A stretch of 64,000 nt of DNA. Source: Patescibacteria group bacterium. GTDB taxonomy: Bacteria > Patescibacteriota > Minisyncoccia > UBA6257 > JACRHW01. This document shows positions 38,929 to 49,284 of this stretch, piece after piece. The stretch lies in contig JAGWJP010000003.1 in assembly GCA_028865725.1 (NCBI GenBank), positions 1,697 to 65,696 of the forward strand, read 5' to 3'. A program made the position numbers and the translations under genes. The notes under the pieces are model-generated. The model was not told the origin of the DNA. It ran no database searches and worked only from the letters and a program-made list of their open reading frames with translations. Position 1 is the first letter of the stretch, and the number at the start of each line of letters is the position of its first letter.

Positions 38929-40467
38929 ATGAGTACTGTCATCAAAATCTACGCGTCGTCACTTACCGGACTCAAAGCGATCCCTATCACTGTCGAAGTT
39001 GATACTGCACCGGGGCTTTATAGTTTTAATATCGTAGGACTTGGCGACAAAGCAGTAAATGAGGCGAAAGAGCGTGTCTCTCTTGCCCTCAAGAATAGCG
39101 GTACACTTCCCCCGAACAAACAAACGCGCAAAGTCATCGTAAACCTCGCCCCTGCAGATACAAAAAAGGAAGGCACACATCTTGATCTCGCCATCGCGCT
39201 TGGATATCTTGTTTCCACCGAGCAAGTCGCAACTTCGAACCTTGAACATAGCATTTTTGTCGGCGAACTTGCATTAAATGGCGACCTGCGTCCCGTCTCC
39301 GGCGTGCTGCCAATTACGCTTGAAATGAAACGACATGGATTTACCACTATGTACGTCGCGCCCGACAATGCAAAAGAGGCTGCTATTGTGGAGGGTGTTA
39401 CCGTCTATCCGGTTGAAAACTTGCGCGCGCTTATCGACCACCTTGAGGGGAGAACCGTTCCCGCGCCACAACCTCGCACGACATTAGTCCACACATCAAA
39501 GGCGGGAGAGAAACAAAATGATTTCTCGCATCTCAAAGGACAGCGCACAATAAAACGCGTCCTTGAAATCGCAGCAAGTGGAGGACACAATGTCCTCCTT
39601 ATAGGTCCTCCCGGAACGGGAAAAACAATGGCGGCGCGCGCCCTCACCTCAATTCTTCCCCCTCTTACCCATGAAGAGGCGCTTGAGGTTACCGAAATTT
39701 ACAGCGTAAGCGGACTCATTAAAGAGGGGGCTACGTTCATCACTGAACGCCAATTTCGTGCGCCACACCATACCGCCTCTGCGGCAGCATTGGTGGGTGG
39801 CGGCACTACGCCAAAACCGGGGGAAATCACGCTCGCCCATCGGGGCGTACTCTTCCTTGATGAGTTTACCGAATTTCAACACAATGTGATGGAGTCCTTA
39901 CGCCAACCCCTCGAGGATGGTGTTGTCACTATTTCGCGCTCCCGGGGCGCATTAACTTTTCCTGCCCGTTTTATTTTTATCGCGGCCGCAAATCCATGCC
40001 CTTGCGGATTCCTTGATGATCTCGAAATTCCATGCACCTGCACAAGCGGGGCGATTGCGAAATACAAACGCAAACTTTCAGGACCCATCTTGGACCGCAT
40101 TGATCTTCAGGTTTTTGTGCCGCGCATTTCATACGAAGAATTACGCAGCACCGCCCCTGAAGAGCCTTCAGAAAATGTTTCCTCACGCGTTATGAAGGCC
40201 CGAGCTCTACAATACCAACGCCTTGCTCCCTTTTCTCTCCACACCAATAGTGAAATTCCTTCCCAAAAAGTGGGGGAATATATTACCCTCGACACATCGA
40301 GTGAAACGCTCTTGAAACGCGCCGTTGATAAATATCATCTCTCGCCACGCGGCTATTATCGCATCTTAAAGGTTGCCCGGACCATCGCAGACTTAGAACG
40401 CAGTGAACATGTCACGAGTACTCATATTGCGGAAGCGCTGCGATACCGCATGGAAACGATAGATTAG
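38929..40467 (+). CDS. comM: YifB/ComM-family Mg-chelatase-like AAA+ ATPase
   Basis: N-terminal Lon-protease-like domain, Walker A GPPGTGKTM, Walker B LFLDEFTEF, C-terminal Mg-chelatase domain. Confidence 0.9.
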   Translation: MSTVIKIYASSLTGLKAIPITVEVDTAPGLYSFNIVGLGDKAVNEAKERVSLALKNSGTLPPNKQTRKVIVNLAPADTKKEGTHLDLAIALGYLVSTEQVATSNLEHSIFVGELALNGDLRPVSGVLPITLEMKRHGFTTMYVAPDNAKEAAIVEGVTVYPVENLRALIDHLEGRTVPAPQPRTTLVHTSKAGEKQNDFSHLKGQRTIKRVLEIAASGGHNVLLIGPPGTGKTMAARALTSILPPLTHEEALEVTEIYSVSGLIKEGATFITERQFRAPHHTASAAALVGGGTTPKPGEITLAHRGVLFLDEFTEFQHNVMESLRQPLEDGVVTISRSRGALTFPARFIFIAAANPCPCGFLDDLEIPCTCTSGAIAKYKRKLSGPILDRIDLQVFVPRISYEELRSTAPEEPSENVSSRVMKARALQYQRLAPFSLHTNSEIPSQKVGEYITLDTSSETLLKRAVDKYHLSPRGYYRILKVARTIADLERSEHVTSTHIAEALRYRMETID

Positions 40468-40546
40468 CCTTCACTCTTGTGGCAATGTATCACAACATTT
40501 CTTAAAATTCCAAGGGTGTACCATATCACGACAGCACCTTTTTCCA

Positions 40547-40575
40547 TTGATAGTGGAAACATAAAATGATACAAT
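40547..40575 (+). promoter_or_regulatory. sigma70-type promoter TTGATA-N17-TACAAT
   Basis: ttgata 40547-40552, tacaat 40570-40575, upstream of ORF 40614 with GAGGAGG SD. Confidence 0.45.
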
Positions 40576-40613
40576 CACACGAGCTCCACGATTCTAGATG
40601 AGGAGGATAAACA

Positions 40614-40970
40614 ATGAGTGGGGATAGGGACCTGCCTCGTGTCACACAGATATTTTCAAAAGACAAAATTATACTTATTGTGCCGATCGACTATCTCTTT
40701 GGAGTATTCAAAATGGAATTGCCTTTTACGATTCACACGGAACATAATCTGTGCAATTATATCGGTTTTCTTCAGATAAGCTCTGGATATATGCGAGATG
40801 GAGTTTTTGAATCCAGTCAATCAAATAGCGCAACCGTCTGCAGTGGGAAGGCTATCGTACAACAAATTTCGCACGCATTCCGTTATTTTGGCTTCGTAAA
40901 TACGTTCCTCGAAAAACACAAAACGAATCCGCCCACATTCGAAGAATTCCAAAAAAAGATTTTTAAATAA
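40614..40970 (+). CDS. hypothetical protein
   Basis: 118 aa with strong SD. Confidence 0.35.
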   Translation: MSGDRDLPRVTQIFSKDKIILIVPIDYLFGVFKMELPFTIHTEHNLCNYIGFLQISSGYMRDGVFESSQSNSATVCSGKAIVQQISHAFRYFGFVNTFLEKHKTNPPTFEEFQKKIFK

Positions 40971-41120
40971 GTAAACAAATAAACATGGTGACAATACCAT
41001 GTTTTTCTTTTTGTCCGGAAAAGGAGTGTAGTATCACTGTTACGTATGAATCTTGCCACAAGAGTATTAAATGTGCTATCCTCAAAAAGGATCCTCGACA
41101 CCAAAAAAGGGAGAAAAGAT

Positions 41121-41507
41121 ATGAAGAAGGGGATTTTTATTATACTGGTAATGGCTGGGCTTCTGTGCAGTACACTGCCCGCGAGAGCAGAGAAGCGCGT
41201 CATTCATATGAAGGCTTCCATCGTCAATCTTCGCCATGGCGAATTTGTCGGAGGGTGGAACCCCAAGCACATCGAAGTGCAAGAGGGGGACGAGGTAACT
41301 CTTATTATCAAATCCATCGATGCAATGCATATCTTTTATCTCACAGGATACAAGATTCGCTCAAAGCCTATTTCTCCTGGAAATCCAGTAACTATCAAAT
41401 TTGTCGCGAACACACCGGGAACGTTCAGATACATGTGCGGAATGGTATGCGGTCCTTATCATGTGCACATGTATGGGACTCTCGTGGTGCATCCCAAATC
41501 AAAATAA
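41121..41507 (+). CDS. secreted cupredoxin-domain protein with CuA-type ligand motif
   Basis: signal peptide MKKGIFIILVMAGLLCSTLPARA; H..(35)..CGMVCGPYHVHM = Cx3CGx2Hx2M as in cytochrome oxidase subunit II CuA; ORF opens 41046. Confidence 0.5.
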   Translation: MKKGIFIILVMAGLLCSTLPARAEKRVIHMKASIVNLRHGEFVGGWNPKHIEVQEGDEVTLIIKSIDAMHIFYLTGYKIRSKPISPGNPVTIKFVANTPGTFRYMCGMVCGPYHVHMYGTLVVHPKSK

Positions 41508-41513
41508 GCAATA

Positions 41514-41547
41514 AAAAACCAGGCTCGCCCTGGTTCTTTTTTTATCT
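41514..41547 (+). terminator. rho-independent terminator
   Basis: aaccagg-ctcgc-cctggtt-cttttttt. Confidence 0.6.
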
Positions 41548-41611
41548 GAATCACGCTATCCAAAGATGTGTAACAAAAAACTAAAAACTCTATGCACTAT
41601 GCGGATATTAC

Positions 41612-42805
41612 CTATCGCACAAATGGATTATGTGCTCCGATAACCCCGAAAGACAACTCGCATTGTGTTGCATTCCCTGTACTTCCCATTGTTCCTAAAA
41701 GCGCGCCCTTCGCTACATAATCACCCTCGGAAATATTGATCTGAATGAGGTGCCCGTAGGTAGTAAACACGCCATTTGGGTGTTCAATTTTTATCATGTT
41801 ACCCTCTCCTCCATTCCACCCCTCTTGTGCTTCGACGACAAGCCCTTCGGCGGCTGCACGCACTTCGGTGCCACATGAATTCACAATAGCAACCTCGTTC
41901 GCACCTCCATCCTGAGAAACCCCCTCGTTATGCCCGATTGTCGGTGCGCCAAGATAACCATTAATATTAACCTCTTGTACCTGGGACACGGTTGGAGGCT
42001 TTGCGTTACGTGGCGCGGTAGCATCAGGAAGAATAAGCACGTCGCCTTCCTTTATGGCGTTGTGGGGAAGATGATTAAATGCGACAATGCTCGCCACGTC
42101 AGTATGGTAAGCCGCGGCAATCTGTTCCAATGTTTCTCCTGCGATTACTTTATGCCAAGCTCCGCTTACCGGAAGAAGAATCACTTGCGCACCTGCATGC
42201 AATCTACTTCTTGCACTGAGTCCATTGGTCCATAGAATCGTATCCGCGCTCACCCCAAAACTTGAAGCAATCGATGCCACCGTATCTCCCTTACGTACGC
42301 GGTAAATAAAGCTCCCGTCATTATTCATTTGCACCGCCACAGGCGCATGTATGCTCTCCAATGAGTCACTTGTTACTACCATCTCTGAAAGGGAAGTTGG
42401 TGCGCTATTATTCGAAAATACGTAACTTTCTGGATTCAACGGTCCTGCGGAACCAGAAAACACAGAAGGGGCGGTATCGGTTGCATCTCCTCCCGCAAGC
42501 ACGGATTGTATCAGCGCAAATGAAATCGGCTCCTTAGAAGATTGTGCGGAAAAAACGGGGGACACATTCATGAGGCTGTAGGTTCCCACAAACAAAACAA
42601 ACAAGGTACCCAGCACTACTCCTTCTGCATGCCGTCCGATATTCATCCCCGCCCGCCGTAACGCGGGGCGTGCCCAAGTAATTCCTTTAAAAAAAGCCCG
42701 AATAATCGGCTTAATAATAAAGACAGACTCTTCCTCGACAAGATGACGAATATAAACAAAAAATTGATGGTATCGTGTTCCTCTCATAGAATCTTCCTCG
42801 AACAT
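41612..42805 (-). CDS. LysM-domain M23 metallopeptidase
   Basis: two LysM repeats (YRVRKGDTVASIA.., HKVIAGETLEQIA..) and C-terminal M23 core (HxxxD, HLH-like GHL...GSTGN.T..H). Confidence 0.8.
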   Translation of the reverse strand: MFEEDSMRGTRYHQFFVYIRHLVEEESVFIIKPIIRAFFKGITWARPALRRAGMNIGRHAEGVVLGTLFVLFVGTYSLMNVSPVFSAQSSKEPISFALIQSVLAGGDATDTAPSVFSGSAGPLNPESYVFSNNSAPTSLSEMVVTSDSLESIHAPVAVQMNNDGSFIYRVRKGDTVASIASSFGVSADTILWTNGLSARSRLHAGAQVILLPVSGAWHKVIAGETLEQIAAAYHTDVASIVAFNHLPHNAIKEGDVLILPDATAPRNAKPPTVSQVQEVNINGYLGAPTIGHNEGVSQDGGANEVAIVNSCGTEVRAAAEGLVVEAQEGWNGGEGNMIKIEHPNGVFTTYGHLIQINISEGDYVAKGALLGTMGSTGNATQCELSFGVIGAHNPFVR

Positions 42806-42960
42806 ATAACACAGCCCGGTGACCTTCCTTAGGGTACCATAGTTTGTTACAATACATCAACACATGTCTGCAGTAATTGATGAGAAATAATCCTTGAATT
42901 TCTATATAATTTGTGCGGCATACACCTCTTGCGCTCCTATAACCTGTTATTTTACGATAT

Positions 42961-44931
42961 GTGCTTAACTCGTCTTTCTCGTGCATGGACAAAAATGAAC
43001 TCCTAAAAGGTCTAAATGCTTCACAGCGCAATGCAGTAGAAACCATTGGCGGTCCTCTTCTTGTTGTCGCAGGGGCAGGATCCGGCAAAACAAAAACGCT
43101 TACGCATCGCATTGCATATCTCATTGCCTCAGGCGTGGACCCATCCTCCATCCTTGCCGTTACCTTCACGAACAAGGCAGCCAAAGAAATGAAAACGCGC
43201 GTGCAGACACTTATCGCAGCTCACGGACTCGTAACTGCTCCCGGATTTATAGGCACCTTCCATAGTCTGGGTGCCAAACTCCTCCGCGAGGAGGCAATGT
43301 ACTTCAAACGCACCCCTTATTTTTCGATTTCAGACAAAAGTGATTCCTTGTCTCTTATCAAATCCATCACGAAAGAGCTTAACCTCGACAAAGAAAAATT
43401 TCCCCCCCAAGCCATCCTCGCTGCAATTGGGCTTCGCAAAAACGGACAGTCAAAAGGGAACAATGAACACAACTTCTTTGAATCCATAGTAAGTAACATA
43501 CAAGCCAAATATGAAGATCTCCTTATCACGAATAATGCATTCGATTTTGATGATCTGATCATGAAACCCGCCACACTGTTTGCAGAAAATCCTGAGCTTC
43601 TTCGAAAATACCAAGCACGCTGGCATTATATTTTGATTGATGAGTATCAAGACATCAATCCGGTACAATATTCGTTGATGAAACAGCTTGCGGAACACCA
43701 CCGCAATATCTGTGCGGTAGGGGATGACGCACAATCAATTTATAGTTGGCGCGGCGCCGATTTTACCATTTTTCTTGATTTTGAGCGTGATTGGCCGGGT
43801 GCCTCTCTTGTGCTTCTTGAAGAAAACTACCGTTCAACCCAAACCATCCTCACCGCTGCAAATGCAGTCATCGCACATAACTCGCTCAAAAAAGATAAAA
43901 ACCTCTTCACACGCAAGGAAGCAGGTCCTCCTATTTATGTCATCGAGGCGGATAATGACATACAGGAGGCGGCGATCTGCATCGATACCATTGCGGGTCT
44001 CGCAAAAAACAATCTTAGCACACTCGAACAGGTTGCCGTTCTTTATCGCACTAATGCACAATCACGCGTTTTAGAGGAGGCATGCATCCGTGCGCGCCTT
44101 CCTTATCAAATGGTGGGAGGTACTAAATTTTATGATCGGAAAGAAATAAAAGACTTGCTGGCCTATCTCACTCTCGCTATCAATCCAAATGACACCATAA
44201 GCTTGGAACGGATTATTAATGTCCCCGCGCGAGGATTAGGAAAAGAGGCCGTCAACATTCTCCGTATCAGAGATACCCACGAACGCGAAGAAGCCCTCGG
44301 GCGGTATCGAAACAAAAAATCAGTCGCTGCCTTTCTCGAGTTTATTCACACTCTTCAGGAAAAAATGCGTGAGCTCCCTCTGGTACAAGTACTGCGTTTC
44401 CTTACCCACGAACTTAAATTTCAAGAATACCTCAGTACAAAAACAGAAGAGGGAATAAAACGGTGGGAGAATGTACAGGAACTCGTGAATGCGGCATCGC
44501 ACTACGATACACGAAGTACCAATAGGCTTGAAAATGGCGTTGCATTTCTTGAAACCGCAAACCTCTACCAAGACGCCGACGCATTGCACGAACACGCACG
44601 CGGCATTACGCTGATGACAATCCACGCCGCAAAAGGACTTGAATTTGAAACGGTATTTCTTGTAGGGCTGGAGGAGGGCATCCTTCCTCATGAACGCAGT
44701 CTTACTGAGGAATCTGCCCTTGAAGAAGAGCGACGCCTCGCCTATGTTGCGCTTACGCGTGCAAAAAAAACGCTCTATATTCTCTTCGCGCGCTCACGAA
44801 AAGTATTTGGTTCATTTAAAATGAACCTGCCCTCGCGTTTCCTTGCGGAAATCCCTGACACACTTGTGGAATACACCAACGCCACCTCTGCAAAAACTTA
44901 CATTGACGAAGACTTTATTGAATATAACTAG
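42961..44931 (+). CDS. pcrA: ATP-dependent DNA helicase, UvrD/PcrA family
   Basis: LNASQRNAV, Walker A AGAGSGKT, DEYQD box, C-terminal helicase motifs; alternative start 42985. Confidence 0.9.
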   Translation: MLNSSFSCMDKNELLKGLNASQRNAVETIGGPLLVVAGAGSGKTKTLTHRIAYLIASGVDPSSILAVTFTNKAAKEMKTRVQTLIAAHGLVTAPGFIGTFHSLGAKLLREEAMYFKRTPYFSISDKSDSLSLIKSITKELNLDKEKFPPQAILAAIGLRKNGQSKGNNEHNFFESIVSNIQAKYEDLLITNNAFDFDDLIMKPATLFAENPELLRKYQARWHYILIDEYQDINPVQYSLMKQLAEHHRNICAVGDDAQSIYSWRGADFTIFLDFERDWPGASLVLLEENYRSTQTILTAANAVIAHNSLKKDKNLFTRKEAGPPIYVIEADNDIQEAAICIDTIAGLAKNNLSTLEQVAVLYRTNAQSRVLEEACIRARLPYQMVGGTKFYDRKEIKDLLAYLTLAINPNDTISLERIINVPARGLGKEAVNILRIRDTHEREEALGRYRNKKSVAAFLEFIHTLQEKMRELPLVQVLRFLTHELKFQEYLSTKTEEGIKRWENVQELVNAASHYDTRSTNRLENGVAFLETANLYQDADALHEHARGITLMTIHAAKGLEFETVFLVGLEEGILPHERSLTEESALEEERRLAYVALTRAKKTLYILFARSRKVFGSFKMNLPSRFLAEIPDTLVEYTNATSAKTYIDEDFIEYN

Positions 44932-44935
44932 CGAT

Positions 44936-45757
44936 ATGGGACAAAAGCTTGGACAACATTTTCTGATCAATCCTTCCGTACTTGCCCGGATTGCCGACGC
45001 GATTCATCCTCATACCAACGAAACGATCATTGAAGTGGGGCCGGGGCACGGGGAACTTACCGACGCGCTCCTTGCACTCAACCCCCATATTCGTCTTATT
45101 CTTATTGAAAAAGATGCGCACCTTGCGAAAAACCTTCGCGATAAGTACAGCACCACATCTATTGAAATCATAACAGGAGATGTTCTTACCCTACTGCCAT
45201 CTCTCCTGCATCCGGCGCCTGATACGCCACACTCTGTAAAAGTGGTGGGTAACATTCCCTACTATCTCACGGGGTTTCTACTGCACCGCCTCCTCGAACT
45301 TGAAGAACCCCCCCACACGATCGTATTCACGATCCAAAAAGAAGTGGCGGAACGTATCGTCGCACATGCACCCCACATGAATCTTCTGGCTGCCTCTGTC
45401 CAATATTTTGGCACGCCGGAACTCTTGTTCACTATTTCCCGACAGGACTTTAATCCGCCGCCGCAGGTAGATTCTGCGACGATTCGCATTACACTACGCA
45501 CACCTATTTCCACACGAGAAGAACGTGCCATATTTTTTCGCGTCGTAAAAGCCGGCTTCAGCCATCCGCGCAAACTTCTTATGAGCAACCTCATCGCCGC
45601 ATTCGCAGTTCCTAAATCCACACTCGAAAATATCTTTACACGCCTCGCGATACGACACGACGCGCGCGGACAACATCTTGACATTGCAACATGGTCTGCC
45701 CTTTCTCGTGATCTTCAGGATTCCTATCCCACCCTCTTCGCATTACCGAAATCTTGA
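44936..45757 (+). CDS. rsmA: 16S rRNA (adenine1518/1519-N6)-dimethyltransferase
   Basis: GQKLGQHFL start, EVGPGHGELT SAM motif; ORF opens 44843 overlapping pcrA. Confidence 0.85.
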   Translation: MGQKLGQHFLINPSVLARIADAIHPHTNETIIEVGPGHGELTDALLALNPHIRLILIEKDAHLAKNLRDKYSTTSIEIITGDVLTLLPSLLHPAPDTPHSVKVVGNIPYYLTGFLLHRLLELEEPPHTIVFTIQKEVAERIVAHAPHMNLLAASVQYFGTPELLFTISRQDFNPPPQVDSATIRITLRTPISTREERAIFFRVVKAGFSHPRKLLMSNLIAAFAVPKSTLENIFTRLAIRHDARGQHLDIATWSALSRDLQDSYPTLFALPKS

Positions 45758-45826
45758 CATATAATCTAGACTAGGTTATATTATTATCGGTTCGTTCAAA
45801 AGAACGGCGGAAAGGGGAAACTCAAC

Positions 45827-46324
45827 ATGAGCAAACGGGAATTCCTTATTCGTTTAGGGATTACTGCGGTTATTCTTGCTCTGCCTGTTTTTTACATCAC
45901 AAGACTTGTACACGACAAGCTGTATGGCAGTGTGGCGAATAATATTGTGTACCATCCGAAAATCGCGCCCTCCGTGATGCGTGAGGGGCATGTTCCCCTG
46001 TTGCCACAGGACAAGGACTTTGAAGTTGCAAACCTTGACCAGTTTTTTGACAGGTCATATGATGTGGTCACTATTCAAAACGACGGATCATTTCTTTTGC
46101 TCTGCGGAAAACAAGGAGATTTATACCGCGTAGGAAAGTACGATCTTCAAAAGTATCAATCAATGAAGTATATCGTCCGCTGCGAAGTGGCTCATCACGA
46201 TATTGTCATTGTGTTTGCGAAACTGCCATGGCCTCTCATTCTTTTGTTTGCCGTCTTTGTAACATTTGTGACGGGAATGATTCTTTATCTTGTGTGGTCC
46301 AAGTATGTGTGGAGTGAGTGGTAA
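45827..46324 (+). CDS. hypothetical membrane protein
   Basis: 165 aa, N- and C-terminal TM helices, AAAGGGGAAA SD. Confidence 0.4.
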   Translation: MSKREFLIRLGITAVILALPVFYITRLVHDKLYGSVANNIVYHPKIAPSVMREGHVPLLPQDKDFEVANLDQFFDRSYDVVTIQNDGSFLLLCGKQGDLYRVGKYDLQKYQSMKYIVRCEVAHHDIVIVFAKLPWPLILLFAVFVTFVTGMILYLVWSKYVWSEW

Positions 46325-46340
46325 ATTTTAAAACCATCGA

Positions 46341-46363
46341 CCGCCTAGAGAGGCGGTTTTTTT
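46341..46363 (+). terminator. rho-independent terminator
   Basis: ccgcct-agag-aggcgg-ttttttt. Confidence 0.65.
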
Positions 46364-46487
46364 GTCACCTCGTAAAAATCCATGAATAAAAGACCGCAAA
46401 GACTCTGCAAGATCCTTGCACAAGATTTCAACCATGTTCACCCCTTATCCACAGTTTTTCCACGGACTTTTACTGGTATAATGAGAG

Positions 46488-47276
46488 GTGATGAAAACTA
46501 TTCCGCAGGGTCTTCACCAAGCACATGGCAAGTATTTTATTTCGCCTACTATAGACGTGCGTTTTGGTATTAAAAAGGGGGTGATGTGGGTGAGCGTTGC
46601 GGGTTTTGTTCTTCTCATATTAAGCTCCTTGAGCACGCTCGCGCACAAAACAAACGATTCCGCATTTACGCTTTTTAATGTATCCCTGGCCCCTCAAAAA
46701 AGAACAACCATGGTGCCGGCATCTGCTTCATTTACGGACGACCTCGGCGCACAAATCAGCAACGGTCTCTCGGAAAAAATTACCACGGCAGGAACGCTGC
46801 AGGATGCGCAATTCACCAATCCCGCAGAGTTCGCTTCGTTTGTACAAAACTATCTAGATACCGACACAAGCGATTACGAGCAATCACTGAAACAAAGTTT
46901 CGCAGAAGGAATATCCGTCCATGCACGCATCGAAAATCACGCAACCGCCGCAGAAAAAAAACACTATATCAATACGGTAACCGCTCTTATGGATCCCTCA
47001 CAATTTCCAGAACGCGATACCACAGCAAACATAAGCAGTGCGGAAACTTTTTACGCACACCTCGCTACGCAGTTAGAACAAACGCCTGTGCCGTCAGAAT
47101 ATTATTTTATCCACTACGAGTTTATACGCGCCGCGAAAATAAAAGCGGCGGGGTATGACGCATTTGTGAACATTGATTCAGACCCCGTAAAAGCGGCGGT
47201 CGTTATGAAAATTTTTGCGGAACTTGATACTCAAACATCCACCGCATATCAGGCATTAACCCACATGACGTCGTAA
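46488..47276 (+). CDS. hypothetical membrane-anchored/secreted protein (first gene of T4SS-like block)
   Basis: TG-n-TATAAT extended -10 at 46471-46482; alternative start MWVSVAGFVLLIL at 46584 gives signal-anchor. Confidence 0.35.
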   Translation: MMKTIPQGLHQAHGKYFISPTIDVRFGIKKGVMWVSVAGFVLLILSSLSTLAHKTNDSAFTLFNVSLAPQKRTTMVPASASFTDDLGAQISNGLSEKITTAGTLQDAQFTNPAEFASFVQNYLDTDTSDYEQSLKQSFAEGISVHARIENHATAAEKKHYINTVTALMDPSQFPERDTTANISSAETFYAHLATQLEQTPVPSEYYFIHYEFIRAAKIKAAGYDAFVNIDSDPVKAAVVMKIFAELDTQTSTAYQALTHMTS

Positions 47277-47297
47277 CCTATTCACCTTATCACTTCA

Positions 47298-49259
47298 ATG
47301 CGTTTTTCTCTTCATAAAAAAGTCCTCATTCTTGTTCTTGTCGTTGCTGTTTTTGTCGCCCAAACAGGAGTAACCCATGCCGCGCTTACCTCGACAATTG
47401 CCCTCTTAAAACAAGCGGGGATTTCTGCGACTCGCATCAACGATGTCTATAATGCATTAAATATTTGCTCTGTAGACGCACTCCATAATTTAGCGGTGGG
47501 GGACGGTCTGTCGAATACCGCCGCAGATGCGGCACTAAAGGGGCTGGGCGTTACGGTGTCAGGCGGATTAGGGGCTCTCATTAATTCTCCCTTCGATCTC
47601 ATCAATGACGCTTTTAATAAAAAAGAGCTTGCACAGGACACAAAAGATGTCATAGTACGTTGCCAGGAAATTACTGCCGACTTGGCTGGAATAACTACTG
47701 ATGCCGGAATATATACCGCCGCCGTTACAGAAAGCAATGTCCATACCGCTGCTGCTTATGCCTCTTGTGGAGCAGCTCTGGATCCATCTTTATGTTGGAC
47801 GACTGTAGAAGCACTACAAGCAGCCGAGAGCACAAAAGTCATAGGGCTTTTAGCCCAACTTAATACCGAACTCGATGCGGTATCAGACAAAATACACAAG
47901 CTTCAAGATCTTGTGAGACAGCAGGCAATAGACAGAAACACCAGAAAAGCCGCTGAGGAGGCAACGAAACAGCGACAGCTCATTCAATTTAACTCCATCC
48001 TTACGAAAATTACGGAGCGCATGAAACTTGCGTTAGTAGAATCGGTGAAAAGTAAGATCCTCGGCATTCTCCAAAACGATGGGTCGCCGCAATGGATCAC
48101 AAACTGGACAACCCGCTATACCAACACCTTCTTCGATACGTACGAACAAAAGTATGTAAATTACAATGCTATTTATAATACACAACACGGATACTATTCA
48201 AGCCGGTTTGCCACGTTTGACGGCTTTATGAGCGCGCTGCAAAGCGACCCGTCCCAGCTTCCCGGTGCCAATCATGCATTTCAAGGGCTTAATGTTCTCA
48301 TCCGCAATAGCGTAGCAGGTAATTCGGCGCAAACTGCAGCCAACGCGCAACAAGCGGAAGACGTTGCGAATAACGGAATGCAGGGCAAAGGTCATTGCGA
48401 AAACGACAACGGAGACAATGCTTCTGCCTCTCACAAGGCACAATCCTCGTCCCAAAACTGTCCACCAGGCCAACATTGGGTTACCGATACTCCAGGTCTT
48501 GCATTCTCCGACATGCTTCAGCAATTTCTTGGCATTGATATCCAGCAGATGCTGAATAACACCATTGAAAACTGGGTCAACCAATTTTTGAACGACAACG
48601 TCATCAATAAATTAAGCGGAAATGGCGGGGGAGGTGGCGGGGGTGGGGGAAGCATTGGGGGTACAGTAACACTTGCGAGTCTTCAGACGGGAGGAGGAAC
48701 TACTGATGTTGCTTCAAGCCAAATTGATTGTTCCGCATTTCCTCCAGGAAGTGCGCAAGATAACTGCCTCCTTGCAAGCGGACTCCACGACCAAGGTGCA
48801 CAAATTACCGAATCGCAGATTGATACCACGTTGAACAGCACTGATGCCAGCGGTAAAACATTTGTTGAACGACTCGCCTCGTCGACAGAGCAGCTTCAAG
48901 CAATTGTAGGAGCCATAAATTCCAATAATGCGTCTTCTACGCTTCTTCTTGCCTCATGTCCTTCGGAGCACGACGCGCTTGCCGCAAATGCCCAGCAAAA
49001 CGCGACACTCCTTGGCGTCGTGCAGCCTCTTATCGACACCTTTACCGCGGCACAAATGCAAATCGCATCTTCTACCGCAACATCATCGCCCACCATCGAT
49101 GTACTCATGACCTACCAAAGCTTTCTGGATGGCATACAAGCAAGCCTTGATACCGCGCAGACCAATATTCCTTCCTATTTTTCGCAAGCCCAGATACTCG
49201 CAGACGATATAAGCAATATCCAAACGAGATGCGCAGCGCCGCAACAAGCTACGCCTTAA
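47298..49259 (+). CDS. large secreted protein with coiled-coil and poly-Gly segment
   Basis: signal peptide MRFSLHKKVLILVLVVAVFVAQTGVTHA; 653 aa; GNGGGGGGGGGS run. Confidence 0.4.
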   Translation: MRFSLHKKVLILVLVVAVFVAQTGVTHAALTSTIALLKQAGISATRINDVYNALNICSVDALHNLAVGDGLSNTAADAALKGLGVTVSGGLGALINSPFDLINDAFNKKELAQDTKDVIVRCQEITADLAGITTDAGIYTAAVTESNVHTAAAYASCGAALDPSLCWTTVEALQAAESTKVIGLLAQLNTELDAVSDKIHKLQDLVRQQAIDRNTRKAAEEATKQRQLIQFNSILTKITERMKLALVESVKSKILGILQNDGSPQWITNWTTRYTNTFFDTYEQKYVNYNAIYNTQHGYYSSRFATFDGFMSALQSDPSQLPGANHAFQGLNVLIRNSVAGNSAQTAANAQQAEDVANNGMQGKGHCENDNGDNASASHKAQSSSQNCPPGQHWVTDTPGLAFSDMLQQFLGIDIQQMLNNTIENWVNQFLNDNVINKLSGNGGGGGGGGGSIGGTVTLASLQTGGGTTDVASSQIDCSAFPPGSAQDNCLLASGLHDQGAQITESQIDTTLNSTDASGKTFVERLASSTEQLQAIVGAINSNNASSTLLLASCPSEHDALAANAQQNATLLGVVQPLIDTFTAAQMQIASSTATSSPTIDVLMTYQSFLDGIQASLDTAQTNIPSYFSQAQILADDISNIQTRCAAPQQATP

Positions 49260-49284
49260 CTTATTCCGAAACGCACCCCGCCCC

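Noticed and set aside
48600-48660. G-rich run ggcgggggaggtggcgggggtggggga
   Set aside because: Encodes an in-frame poly-Gly linker within the 653-aa secreted protein; not a CRISPR or tandem-repeat array
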